Shown: piece after piece, positions 16,370-33,053 of the stretch
How the letters are laid out: each line of letters begins with the position of its first letter
Numbering within the stretch: position 1 is the stretch's first letter
Assembly (NCBI GenBank): GCA_040954595.2
Contig: CM082581.2
Span: 9,981,099 to 10,045,098, forward strand
DNA: 64,000 nt
Direction of reading: 5' to 3'
From: Balanoglossus misakiensis
Taxonomy: Eukaryota > Animalia > Hemichordata
The notes under the pieces: generated by a model
Told to the model about the DNA's origin: nothing
Seen by the model: the letters and a program-made list of their open reading frames with translations, nothing else
Databases searched by the model: none
Position numbers and translations under genes: made by a program

Positions 16370-19300
16370 TGTATGTATGTATGTATGTATGTATGTATTG
16401 TAATGTATGTATTGTAATGTATGTATGTATGTATGTATGTATGTATGTATGTATGTATGTATGTATGTATGTATGTATGTATGTATGTATGTATGTATAT
16501 AGAGCATTATTGTTATTACTGATACGGAACCCTTCTTTCCATTCTTTCTTCACCAACAGGCTATAGCCAAGTTGGGCTGGGCAAAACCAACACTCATCCA
16601 GGAGCGTGCCATACCTCTTGGTTTAGAAGGGAAAGACTTACTGGCCAGAGCAAGGACTGGATCTGGAAAAACTGCTGCATTTGCTATTCCACTTATTCAA
16701 AGGATTCTCAACAGCAAACGGGTAGGTCTCCAGTTCCATGACAGTTTACCCCTGGACAATTACTCCAACACTGTTTATTACCCGTATATATATTCTGTTG
16801 ACCAAGTCACTCTCTCTCTCTCTGATTTTGGTTTTTCTTTTCCATTATTGTAGAATGCCAGAGAACAGTGCATTAGGGCATTGGTGTTGACTCCATCTAA
16901 GGAACTATCAAATCAAGCGTACAAATATATCCAGGTAACTTTTCCAAAATCAGTACTTGTTTACAAATCAAGAATTCCCCAAAAGTTATGTCGCAAATTG
17001 CAGACACAGACCAAATGGTGGATTTGTGTACAGAACATAATAAGTTGATATTGGAGAAATGCAGCCTCTTTTATTTATTTCCACAGGACTTGTCCAGCAG
17101 TTGTTCAAGGGATGTGAGATGCATAGATGTGTCTGGCCAAGTGGAATTGGCAGCTCAGAGGTAAATACCAGTCAATATTTCCCCCACCAGAATTTCAACC
17201 AGATTCTATTGTTAAATTGTATTATATTATACCAGTATATTGATGGTGTAAATCACGCTATTTGATTGGTCGAGACACGACACGTGACCGTGATATATTA
17301 GCCATATACCACAGTCATATATCATAGTCAAAGAAAATGCCTTTTTAAAATGTTTTATGCAAAGTTTCAATATACTGGCATAATATAATAGCAATAAAAC
17401 ACCCCCCGACCATGGTATACCACTCGATTTTGACCAGTTCAACTCCATATACGCACTCGCTATCGCTCGTGCGTATATGTCGTGAACTGGTCAAAATCTC
17501 GTGGTATACCATGGCTGGGGGTGTTTTATTGCTTAAATATTGCCCCGATGTAAATCAGGGCTATCAAAAATTCCTATACACTCATTGTATGTTCTTCTGC
17601 ACGGAAATCTTTAGTAAAAGGCGAAAGATTTATGCGTATATTGCAGAAAAACCAGAGATACAGATTGAGGGTTGTCCTGTGGGTACCATATCTGGGCAAG
17701 CAAAACACTATGTGAGGTTATTGCAATCAGCACTTGATTCATTTTACATCAAGCAGCACTGTTTTCACTTGTTTCACACTGTTGATTGTTCTATAAGAGC
17801 AAGAGCAAGTAATCTATCAATCTTCAGTGTTTTGCTACGGTTTTTCATTTCTTTAAATGCTGTGAATTGGGGAAAAATGACAAAATTTACCAAAACATTG
17901 TATCAAGTTGACTTCTGGGAAATGAATATATTTGCATATCATTATAGCAGCAGGTGCCATTTTGTTTATTTGTTGTTGTTGTTGTTTTGCACGGCTACTG
18001 CAACCCTGAATTTGCAACAACTCTTTCCAAGTATCTATTACTGGTCTCAGAATTCAATTCAACATATAAGAGTTTTGGATTGATGTAGAAGTACAAGAAA
18101 AATTTGTTTGTTCTGTACACTGCCTTCCCTTCAGCATAGTCTTTTGATATGCAAATGTTTACATTTGTGTTTCAGACCTCTACTGATGGAGAAACCAGAC
18201 ATTGTTGTCGGCACTCCAAGTAAAGTCCTAGCTCACATCCAGGCCAAGAACATGACGTTACGTAATTCCTTAGAAATGCTGGTTATTGATGAGGCAGATC
18301 TCTTGCTTTCTTTTGGATATGAGGAGGACTTAAAATCATTATTAAATCACCTGCCCAAAATTTACCAAGCCTTCCTCATGTCAGCAACACTAGGTGATGA
18401 AGTTTATTCTCTGAAGAGAATGATACTTCATAATCCGGTGAGTTGAACAGTGTTTTTTTTCCAGTGATCTGATGGCCTTAGAACATTTATGCAGAAGGAT
18501 GATATAACTTGCACTCACATTCTGTCAAATTTGCTGAACTCACAATAATAAAATATTGACTTTTCTTGCAGGTAATCCTCAAACTAGAAGAATCACAGCT
18601 GCCAGAAAGCGATCGACTTTTACAGTATCACATCAAGTGCAAAGAAGATGACAAATTTTTACTCATTTACACTTTACTTAAGCTGAGATTAGTCCGAGGA
18701 AAAACTATTGTTTTTGTCAACTCATTAGACAAGTGTTACAGGTAAGTAAATGTAGTACAAGGTCATGTACCATGTTATACCACAAATTCCGAGAGTTTTA
18801 AAGCTTGTTTCCACGCTCACCTTTCCAAGTTGAATTTAACCTAGCTCTTAAGATAACCTTTTTTCCCCTGTTTCTTCGTATTTTTACAGGTTAAAATTAT
18901 TTCTTGAACAATTCTCGATCCCATCGTGCGTTTTGAACTCAGAGTTACCAGTGAGCTCTCGGTGCCACATCGTCAACCAGTTCAACGAGGGACTGTACAA
19001 CATAGTGATAGCGGCTGATGAGAACGCATTTGATGTTCCCAACCAGGAGAGTAAAGGGAGTGGTGGGGACGACCAGGTGGAGAAGAAGAAGCTCAAAGGA
19101 AAGGGGAAACAAAAGTGAGTTCGACTCATAATTTCTCATCTGAATCAGTAGTCTGTTTGTAACTCCTTCTGAAAGTAGAAGCGCAAACGACACAACCATG
19201 ATGACAGGATTAAACGCAACAAAGATTTATGTCACAATCTAGCTTCAACCATAAGTAACATAATCCAATCATACCATTCATTCTTGAAGTTATCCCAAGG

Positions 19301-21082
19301 ACAAAACCCACAGTGTTTTCCACAAGCTGTACTGGAGACATTGAATGTTAACTTGACCATGCATTTTCTTCGTCCATTCCTACAGAGGCAAGCACAGAAA
19401 AGACAAGGAGTATGGAGTGTCACGAGGCATTGATTTCCAGAACGTGGCCAATGTTCTCAATTTTGATTTCCCTCCAACTGTAGATGCATACATTCACAGA
19501 GTTGGAAGGTAAATATTGTATCTATAGTTTTTTTCTGATGAGAATTTACAATAATCATGAATGTTACTTACAAAGGATTTTTTGTCTAACAGAACTGCCA
19601 GGGGTTTTAAGATGGGCACAGCTTTATCATTTGTCAATTACAGCGAGATACCTCTCCTCCAGCTGGCCGAGAGCACTTTATCAGGAGGTGAGTCCTGGTT
19701 GAGATTTACCATCAACTCTTGCACATCCCTCTTCATTAGAATTAAAGTTCATATGACCAGTAATGTGAAAGACCAGTTTACGAACAGTAGGCCTGCTAAA
19801 TCTGTACATCTGCTGGTGGTTTCTAAAACTCTCTATGCAGTCTTTCAGCTGTTGGTTCACATGAAGTATAAAAGCTGCTCAAGTTTTCTGTTACAGCATT
19901 TTCAAATGTCAGAAAACATAACAACCACTTTTGGCATTACACAGAGTTGGTTAATCCTTTTCTTACAAACCATTATTGTTTTCAGACGATGATGTGCCTG
20001 CTGTCAAACCTTACCAATTTAAAATGGATGAAATCGAAGGATTTCGCTACAGAGCAAAGGTGAATAGAATATTCTTCACAAATTACTGTTTGCTTTTTTG
20101 CAAGTTAACCAGTGCATTTCTTACAAAATGTTAAAATTGCAGAATTCAAAAGGCCCGTGTGAATTCCACACTACACTTGTGCTCGACAATACATACATGA
20201 TACTGAAAATAATCAGTGAAACTACCACCGACATTTCTTTGTAGGATGCCATGAGAGCTGTCACCAAGGTGGCAGTCAAGGAGGCCAGACTGCAGGAAAT
20301 CAAGGCAGAGATCCTGAACTCGCAGAAGCTGAAGACGTACTTTGAAGACAACCCTCGCGATCTGCAGTTGTTGCGACACGACAAAGCACTCCATCCTGCC
20401 AAAGTACAGTCCCATCTCAGGCATGTCCCAGAGTATCTAGGTATGTTTGATGACTTCAATCTTTTATCATTTAGAGAAAGTAACGATGTTTACCCTGTGG
20501 AAAGTGATGCCATGTTAACTGTTTCATTGCATCACTTTTTCTGTTAATTATAAAGCAGCATATTTTTCTTTCTTTTCTTGTGCCAGTTCCACACACTCTG
20601 AAACAGTTCATGCCAAAAAGAAGGACAAGTAAAAAATACTCTGCCCAGGAACCCAGCAAAGGAAAGAAACAGGCACTTCAAGCAGTGGTAAGTTGACCTT
20701 TGATCTACCACATATGACCCTTACATGCAAATGAAACGGAGCAGGGGGACCAAACCGCAGTGGTCCACCATAAAATATGTACTTCTTTGCCCTTTGATCT
20801 TTGAACTGTGACCCCCAAGCCTGCGACTAGCTGGATACAATGCTGAATGTATACATTTGCACCTGTGATCTGTCACTGATAACCTTTTGATGGCAAAAGC
20901 GGTCTTGAGCAGAATCAATAACTATTCACCATCTGATTTTATTTTGAAAATACCTACAATGAATTCTACGTTGCTATTTTCTTCTACAAATTTAAAATGT
21001 GATCACTGTTTTTGCTTTGCAGAAAAGGAAGGAAGCTGATCCACTGAAGAGTTTCAAATTCAAGAAAGCAAAAACTTCATGA
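16077..21082 (+). CDS. DDX56: DEAD-box helicase DDX56/Dbp9
   Basis: Exons 16077-16145 ([12 protein letters not shown]), 16560-16721 (ARTGSGKT), 16854-16934, 17087-17160, 18176-18437 (DEAD, SAT), 18572-18741, 18890-19114 ([20 protein letters not shown]), 19386-19508 ([17 protein letters not shown]), 19593-19687, 19986-20059, 20245-20440 ([15 protein letters not shown]), 20587-20687, 21023-21082 (DPLKSFK). Confidence 0.96.
16326..16498. repeat. (TATG)n tetranucleotide microsatellite in DDX56 intron 1
   Basis: Directly visible tandem array with two short interruptions. Confidence 0.97.
17240..17538. mobile_element. Non-autonomous palindromic repeat element (hairpin core 17390-17533) in DDX56 intron 4
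   Basis: Arms AGCAATAAAACACCCCCCGACCATGGTATACCAC..GATTTTGACCAGTTCA..CATATACGCAC and GTGCGTATATG..TGAACTGGTCAAAATC..GTGGTATACCATGG..GGGGGTGTTTTATTGCT. The upstream TGATTGGTCGAG motif is typical of such repeats in aquatic animals. Family assignment is not certain. Confidence 0.7.
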
Positions 21083-21867
21083 AATTTAGAGAAGTGAGAC
21101 GTATTCCTTAGGGTGTTTTCAATCATGAGACTTTGGAATTGAATTGAATATTCCAGGAATAAAATAAACTTCTGTTCTATATTTCTGGCTTCTGTTTAAA
21201 TACTTTTACCCAAAGGAAGGATGGTCTTGATTTTAATTGATGTGCAAACTATATACTGTGCTGTGAATGGAAGATGTGTGTAAAAAAATCTAGATTTTTG
21301 GATGAACATAATACTTCAATTTGTCAAAAATTCCTTGATCAGAGCCGGACTTACATATGGACTACTCACCTGAGTATCAATCCATAATGAAAAATTATGC
21401 TACAATAAAAACAAAACTGTGAAGTTGAAAAGACCAAATTTGAACCCCAAGATCTAAAGTGAAACCCATGGTAATGCCATTGGAATACCAGAACCTCCAT
21501 GCTGTAATCTGGATAAGGATATCACCTACCTTAAATACACATTATAAAAATGCAAACACATATACAAGATACAAAGTTTTTACGACAAAAATGATGCAGT
21601 AACGTGGGAAAGGTTTTACACAAAGATGGAAAAGGAATGTTTCATTACTTTAAAAAAACACCACTTTTGTACGTGCTACACTACCCAAAATTGGAAAGTA
21701 TTATTTTTATACACAGAGAAAATCATGCACATGTGACTGAAATTTCAAAGCCTATGGAATAACAGAGAAGGTACAATTCTATAAAATTCCCCAAAATGTA
21801 CGAACAAGGACACAGTCACCTCTTCCGCATCATGCAAAAAAAGTGGTTATTTCAGGCATTTCGTAAA

Positions 21868-25232
<3,365 letters not shown>

Positions 25233-27284
25233 GTTTTGCTCCTCGGGGCTAAACGTTCACTTTTCGGGGTTTTTTAAAATATATATTTTGCTGTAGCACG
25301 CTGTCCTGTGGTTCACTGCCAACCAGCTCTCACCAAGCCTACGGAAATATATAATTGAAGTATAAAAAGATAACACTTGAAACGATTCATCGTTATTAAA
25401 CGATGGATCTTTTCATTAATTATGCTCATTTGGCTCGGCAGGATGTTGATCCAGTCACAGATTTCCAAGACTCTCCGGGCCAAAACCAATGTGTAAGGTA
25501 ACACGAATGACAAATAACCGACATTTTGATATAGCCAGGACGCGATCAACTAATTTCAGATTCACCACATGTTGCGCATAGTGTCACAGCTGACGTGTTT
25601 CTGATTGTTTGGCAGAGAAAACGTTCAGCTAGCGTACATGTACTCCAATGCAACCAGTTTATCAACAACTACAATACATGTATGATGATATCATACGCGG
25701 GATTTCGTTTTACGAGGACAAATCTATACTTATAGCTTACGGGGTATATATACTATGGACTTGTGCACTGTATCTCTAAAACATGAAATAGATCTCGTAT
25801 TTGTTGTAGAATGATTTCTAACACCAACATTTCATCTCTACTACATGTACATCATTGCATCAGTGGCTCTCACTTGTGAAGTGGTTTCGGTCTATGGTCG
25901 AGTAAATCGTAAATTGAAGCAATTGCAATAAGGTTATTCATGGTCTGTCAAGTCAACACAACACGATGAATCCGCCCAGTTCCAGAGAAACAATACACAC
26001 AGTGTTCAAGTTACGCCGACCTGCCAGGTCGACAGACAGAGACCCGTTTCTTTTTTTCAAATATTTTCAGTGGGTAGAATACATAATCAGGGAGAGATTG
26101 TCAGACAACAAAACTATAAATCTAACTTTTCATTCCATGTCACAGTGTGTTAGGGCCATTTTCAAAGCGTCGGATTGCAAGAAATATGGGCGTCAGCTAA
26201 TATAAACCTGCTTTCAAGCAAAAAAAATATTCAATTGACTTTCCCAATGTGTTGCCTAGTAAATCATTACAGAGCTCACAAATACTATACTATTCAGCTG
26301 CCCAGTTTATGGCGATAACCTATTAACACTTGCTTGAGAGGGGGCACTATAAGTTTGCCGCCTTTCCGAAACTAGCTTTTTCACCTTTCATAAACCATGC
26401 AGTCATCGAAAACCTGAAAAGGTCATCGCCCAAAGCTGCGCTGTCGTGATGACGGCATCTCGATATTTCCCGCCCAAGTGAAAACAAATTTTTGTGTTTA
26501 AGTTAACGATGTTATACAAGTATTTTCAAGGGCCAGGTTTTGAAAATCTGGACAAGTCATAAAATCTACAGTTGCCACAAGTTGTCGGTCGATCACAAGT
26601 GACCGTTCCTTACACCGTAGCAGAATCGCATTTGATCGGAAATTAAAAAAAATGTAGATCTACAGAATTACGGACCAGTATGCTACACGTGTACGAGGCA
26701 CTGGTCACACCTTTATGGGACTTCTGAAAATCAATACTGATGCACTGTAAGTGATGGCACAACTGTTGGAGTCAATGATATCGTTTGCGTCACCTGTTGA
26801 CACTCGTCTCGGAGTTGCTGGTGTATTGGCACAAAGAGACCGCCTGTCTGTGGTTTTGGCCTGTGCGTGCGTGTGCACTCATACCACACCTGGCTCTCTC
26901 CACACACGAAAAAAAAACGTTTTCTTTCCACCTGTACTTCGTATACTACTTTGCATACCCTTTCCCGAAGCACTTGTGGAACTAAAACATCTCCACAAAC
27001 TTTCAAAATCTTAGCTTCTTGTTTTGCAGACTTTGCAAACGGAACACGTCCAAACAAGATAAGACGGTACATTCCCAGGAGTCGAGTGGCATACACGTAC
27101 ACGCCCCAGACAACGACAAAAGTTAACGATTTTCGAATTACCAGTGTGTAAAGTTAAGAAATTCACTAATTACATGTAATTGTCTTCCGTGCGCTTCAAA
27201 TCAGGCGCAGTACAAGAACGGATTGATCAGTCAATCACTTTCCACGAAATCTCTTAAAAATTAACCAGCAAAGGAGGGACTCAC

Positions 27285-27402
27285 CTTCTTGAATGCTGTC
27301 TTCAAGATACAGAGTGTCTCGTCGACGAGTCGCTCAAGGGTCACAACTGGTCGTCACCCTGCCTGACCCCCACGTCACAGGGGTTTGAAGATTCCTGGCA
27401 CT
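27285..27402 (-). other. Putative non-coding first exon of the NTPDase gene
   Basis: Strong donor AAG|GTGAGT at 27284, CpG-rich context and Inr-like TTTCAGTG. A matching acceptor at 25291 lies just upstream of the ATG. Confidence 0.4.
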
Positions 27403-28439
27403 GAAAGCGACGCCATTTCAAGCTGTGTATGATTTATCCCCAACAGGCCTCGCTGAGCGCGCTCCTGCCCTAACGGTAATATAAAGTTTCATCGGATCAA
27501 ATGTGAACTGTAAAAAAAAAAGAATGATAATTCTGCAGGACTTTTTTTCTCTGTGTCGTACCAAATGAGCACTATATTATAGACAACTGCTACGAATGCA
27601 TACATCCATGCAAATCGCATGGAAAGAGGACAAAATTTACCCTAGTTTCATCTATGGAGACACCCACAGTACTTACTTGCATAGGATCATCATCAGAGGT
27701 ACAGATACCTATTATGGAGGATGTGCGCATGTGTGCTGGAGTTTGTTTTGAAGTAAATGTATGCAGTTTCTCCAAAAGGAGGAGTAAAGACTGAAAGATT
27801 GTAATAGACAAATGTGGCGTGTACCTCTGTTTTGGTTGCAAATGTTTAATTTGAAAAGGACAATCTTGGACAACACAGGCAAGATGATGTGTAAAAAGAG
27901 AACAAAAAGTCTAGTCTCACTAACAGCTGTGCAATTGATTCGCAAAAAAAAATCTAAGAAATTCTGAAAATAACAGCTCTCTGGTTTGTATTTCAATTTC
28001 ATACTGACTGTAAATTTTAATCCAAATACTTCTCATATGAAATAGCTGCAATCTTGGATTTCATCTGACCCGCCCTGAACCAACTCAACATAACATGGAA
28101 AATTCAAGATGGGTTCTTATTTCTCATAAATATGTGTATACAGCTATCAAAACTGGCGAGATATCACATAAGGGCATAAATGTAACTCTTGCAGCAAAAA
28201 CTTAATATTTTCTCACACAAAATGACAACCTTCTGAACAAAACTGTACAGTATAACAAAAGTGATCTTTTCAACCACTGTGTAAAATATCACAACTTGTA
28301 CAAAGCGAACAATGCATGAACAAAATGTTGTTATAGTTTATGCTCCTTTTCACACACAAAATTATTCTGGGCATTTTTTCTGAAAAAAACACTCGGATAA
28401 CTCAAACTGTCGAGCTCTCTACAAAGACAGATTTCACTG

Positions 28440-31400
28440 TCAGTGTGAGGCACTTAGATTCTTAAGTCTTCGTTTTCTCTCCCTTTCCATCATCTTAGCT
28501 TTAGTCCAGGTTTCTTTGTTCAGCGACCTTTGACCTAGGGTCAGCGACAACCACCTGGAAGGAGAGACATATCCATGTCAGTTTGAACTTCCTGCATTTG
28601 AAAGAAGTCGTAGCCTTGAAGAAAGGCACAGGAATCTTGACAAAAGTAAATAAGGACTAACTATAATAAGTGGGTAATACAAACCGTGAGACAATCAGCA
28701 ACAAATGAAAATCATCAGCTGTCATACTCTGCGGGTCATTCTTGCGCATGTCCACAAAATCTTCCTCCACGGCCTGAAAGTGAAGAAGGACAATACAGTT
28801 TAACAATGAAATGTTCAACTCCATCTGCAGCAGATAGAAATGCACCTATTAAGGGAGAACCATTTGATTTCTGGGAGGGGTGGTGGATTTGGGTATGTCA
28901 GGATTTTTTTTTCACCCCCCCTCCCAGAAATCAAATGGTTATCCCCTTATTGTTAAAAAAGGGATCAATCTTGGATGAAACAGCAGACCCTATCCAATTG
29001 CACACACCCCTCCCCTCCATGATTTTGTCTTGATATTCCCATTTATGAAATGAAAAAACAACAGAAGAGTCACCCACCTTTTGTAAATCCTCTGAGAGGT
29101 TATACTCCAGCAGTTCTACAAGTCCGAGGTACGACCTGAACTTTGACATCAAGACAGGGGTCAACGACCTGTAGACTCTACCAAATAGCTCTTCTAACGG
29201 AGTACCAGTGTTGGTGTTTTGAATCGGCACCTGGCAGTCACTCTGTGGATAAACCCGGAATGCAAGTTAGTGAAGGGATTAGACTTAAAAGTCTCCATTT
29301 TTTAAAGAACGGTGAAAACGATGACAAAAGATGAGGTCACTCACCGGAAGTATCGATTTTCCTTCTGAAAAGGTCAACACTTTAATATTGGTTGGGAATT
29401 CCGCTCTGTGGAAATTGAAATCATAGTCGACTTTCTGCCAGGAAATCATGTTTCCAAGGGCAGCCATATTCTGGACACCTGGAGGGTAAAAAAAAAGAGA
29501 AATGACAGATGAACAATTCATCAATTTCCAAGTCATCAGATTTCTCCTTGATTTACATGTGAAATTGAGGTTTATCATTTTTTCAACAATTTCCCTAATC
29601 CTATTCAACCTCGACAAAAGCCAGCTGCCAGTTTCTTACCATTTGCGTCCAGCTGGCCAGGTTGCAGAGCCGTCTCATCAATGATGAGATGTGTTCTCTC
29701 ACTCAGCTGCAGCAGACCACTACACAGTCTGTTCGCTGCGTAGTCCTTCTTCGGAGTGAACTTCAACGTGTTCATGTTCTCGAGACTCAGCGACAGGAGG
29801 TGAACCTGGGAGAAAATACACAGTCAAGATTTTCATCCAGCTTCACATGATGAGAAATATGCATAGCAAACACAGCAGCAAGTTTGTATTCATCACATAT
29901 TTCTTTCTTTACCTTTGTGACGAGTTCTTCTAGCAGCTTGTGGAATTGACTTGTGTATGCCGAATTTGCCAGAATGCCGGTTAAATTTAGTGAAAACTTT
30001 CCAAGAGCCAGTACATCCCTCCTTGTGTATCTATGGTAATGAGACAAAAGGATTTTGGTTAAGAACCAAAATGGCAGGGCCAGCTGATTTGTCGTTTTCT
30101 CCCACTTCTCTGTCTACCAACACCCAAGTTAATTCAAACAAACTTATACTTACACGGACGAGATTAGATGTAGTAGGAGATACTCTGCTGCTAAACTGTC
30201 TCCGAATAAAACTTGCTGAAACATTGAAATCAAGTCTTGTCGTATAGACAATGCTTCTGATAATACTGCAACAGAAAGGAAGTGACCTCATCATCAGGGG
30301 ACCAAGAGGCTGATACCCAAAGTTGGCAAAAACAAACAGTAATACCAGCTTGTCTACCAGCTCATAACGACAAATATTTACATTTTCAGCACTTGTGCTA
30401 ATCAAATCATACAGTCATATGACATATTGAACAAAGCTAATTATCAACAAACTGCTGATATAATCAGCGCCCCTTGTGTCAAGATTCAGATTTTTCTACT
30501 TGCCTGTTTGACTTTCTTCACATTCAATGTTCTGAGAAAGTAATGGGTTACAGTGTTGTAACTTGTTGACAACAATAGCATGTAGTCTTGGTACGAGGGA
30601 CGGCGGTGGTGAGTGAGCATGGTGCTCTTCCAGATCTTCCATCTGGTCACTGGGGTCAACCAGGTCGTCTGATTCTCTGCAAAGATCAAGTTTGTATCGG
30701 ATAAGTACAACAGGTTTTCATATGAAATATTCTATTCTATGATGATGAGCATAGATAAGGAGATGTTTTTTTTTCACGTACTAGCAAGACCTTTGAGAGA
30801 AGTGGTGAATGGGGTTAATCTAAGAAAGCTAGAGTTCCAAAAGAAGGTTATATACTTACTGTTTTTGATTGATTGTTGCCAGGGCTGGGTCCACTGATAA
30901 GACACCGATGAACTCTATCACATCATTCACCCGAAACTTGTCAAAGTTCTCATAAATCTTGAAATAACACAAAAAATGTGGGGGATCAATTACTTTTTCA
31001 AATATACCTAGATAAAGTATAATGTCATGATCTTAAAATGAAATGTCAAACTTTATTTAAAATCTCTGCTGACTGTACTAAAGAGACAGTTCACTTACTT
31101 TTACAAGACAGGCAGGGCCCTTTTCTCCTGGCAGAGGAAAATTCAAATTTGGCGTAACAGCTGACGATGTGCTACATTCCTCTTCTGTCCTTGACCTCTT
31201 GTTATCCGAACTCTGACTTTCAGTTTCCATGGCAACTCCATCTCCCCTGTCTGATGACACTGCATTTGGATCTGTCATCGGTGAACTTGTTGTTTCGTGC
31301 TCATCCACATCCAGACTGCGTTTCTGTCTCATGGCTGTGTATGACGTGGATGGTGTAACTCTGGCCTGACTCTCCATTGAATATGCTTGCATTGTTGTTA

Positions 31401-32847
31401 GGGAGGTTATCTGTTGATAGCAACTTCAATTAAAGGGAGTGGCAAACAGTAACGTATGTCCTCCCTAGATTATTTCAGTGTAACTTCTATTTACATCATA
31501 ACTGGTGTCAATTTCATAACTGAGGTGAACTGAAATAAATTAGTTCTGAATACACAGATACTATACAATGACACAAAGCACTGATAAAGGATATTTGTTT
31601 GACCCACTGTGTTTCACCAGGTACAGGCACACAGTACAGAGTCTGTCTGTCTAAGGTGACATTCCTTGGTGATTCTACGTTGATCTGTTGATGTGGAAGG
31701 CACTCTGCGATATCCCTGTATCTTCCAGTCCGAAGTGTCTGCATCAACAAAACAGAGACAGAAATAACACAAATGGAAACACCTTTTTTTCAATGCTGAA
31801 AGTATTTATTACATAAACTATATGGTCTAAATATTCCCTAAACACGACACAGGTTGGTGACTGATACTTACTTTTTGTCCTGTTTTTCTGTCTTCCACCT
31901 CATAGACACCAAGGTAAAACTCAGGATCAAACATATCTTGCACCATACACCTGAACTTGACAAGACTATTTGCCTTCAAGTTGTGTAACTCGGTATCATT
32001 GAGTGAGGGCACCTGAAATGTATTCAATCATGATGATGAACATGGCCGCTGTTTTGCCTCTGTCAGTTGTAACCCAACTGATCCTGGTTATGCCACTTTG
32101 GACACTGATTGGCCATTCTCCCCCTCATCTCTCTGCATTGATGACTTGCTCATCTCGAAGTGATTTATCACTTATGTCTAATACAGTACATGAAAAGGAC
32201 ATATACATACCCACGACTGGGTCTTCTTTTCCCTGAGTTTGTTAACAAAGTATGCAGCAGCTTCTTTCATCCATTCAGAATTGTTTTCTTCTGGAGAAAA
32301 ATAATGAAATAATAAATACATCAGCAACAATAACAATAATATTTTGTCATAATTTATTTATTATATCTACAGGATACATTGGCATTTGATTTAAAAACTA
32401 CAGATTCAGACCGGAATGGTTTGCTATAACCTCACGTATAATATAAGGCAGTGAGCCATATGGTCACATCAATCCGTCATTATGAGAAGCAAACAAAAGA
32501 AAGTGACTTTCATTGTCAGCACAAAGAAACCTTCAAAGTTCTGTAAATTAGTTTATTATTCCCTGTATAAAGATGTTTTAACGGCACGTGGAGAATTAAA
32601 TTGAGACGGCAATAAAATTTTCCACATAATGTTCTTTATCAGGCCATCGTATGTCAGTGTCATACGCTGTACCAAAGCATCATACGCTAGCCCTGTCAGC
32701 AGTGTAGCAACACAACATACAATCTGCAGTGCGAATTGTCCACATCGGAAATGATACGCGCACTCAACGTTAGAACAGAAAATTCTCACCAAACATCCTC
32801 TGGACGATGTCGAGCGGACAGTTAAGCCAATCCTCTATTCCAGGCAT
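28440..32847 (-). CDS. MCMBP: Mini-chromosome maintenance complex-binding protein
   Basis: 14 exons: 32790-32847 ([12 protein letters not shown]), 32211-32290, 31872-32012 ([21 protein letters not shown]), 31595-31738 ([12 protein letters not shown]), 31099-31386 ([17 protein letters not shown]), 30860-30957, 30504-30676 (PPSLVPRLH), 30153-30265 ([15 protein letters not shown]), 29913-30030, 29640-29805, 29345-29478 ([16 protein letters not shown]), 29078-29242, 28685-28773, 28440-28554. Confidence 0.96.
28850..28949. mobile_element. 100-bp MITE with about 30-bp terminal inverted repeats in an MCMBP intron
   Basis: TAAGGGAGAACCATTTGATTTCTGGGAGGGG ... CCCCTCCCAGAAATCAAATGGTTATCCCCTTA. Confidence 0.8.
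31387..31594 (-). other. U12-type (minor spliceosome) intron, AT-AA termini
   Basis: 5' site ATATCCTTT directly after codon CAA. Branch site CTCCCTAAC (31397-31405) lies 11 nt before the only frame-preserving junction ...GCAA|GCATAT (WVKQ|AYS, cf. human WVKE-AYV). Confidence 0.85.
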
Positions 32848-33053
32848 GGTAAAAAGTCGCTTTTATAGGTCAGAACCCCGTCAAGTTCACAAACGTGCGT
32901 ACGCTTTGTATGTGGCGGGAAATTGTCACATGTGATCTGTCACCTTTGACCTTAAATCAAAACATTGGTTTGTTCGCAATGTCTTTTCTCGTGCTAAGAA
33001 ACAGCGCCATCGCTCGACGATCATTGGCGACTAGTCTCGACGTGTGCAAGAAG
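32848..33053. promoter_or_regulatory. MCMBP/SEC23IP bidirectional promoter
   Basis: Only about 206 bp between the divergent ATGs. E2F consensus GGCGGGAAA at 32914-32922; YY1-type AAGATGGCGG overlaps the SEC23IP start. Confidence 0.65.

Noticed and set aside
16246-16566. YVCM/YIHT repeat ORFs
   Set aside because: Translations of the (TATG)n microsatellite in DDX56 intron 1.
17412-18083. Longest ORF in the track (223 aa)
   Set aside because: Lies in DDX56 intron 4, starts inside the palindromic repeat, has intron-like composition and no recognisable domain.
32025-32112. C/D-box snoRNA-like pattern (CAATC-ATGATGA...CTGA...CTGA-TTG)
   Set aside because: It is on the + strand, antisense to the MCMBP host intron, and no rRNA or snRNA guide complementarity was recognised. 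A snoscan or Infernal search would be needed.
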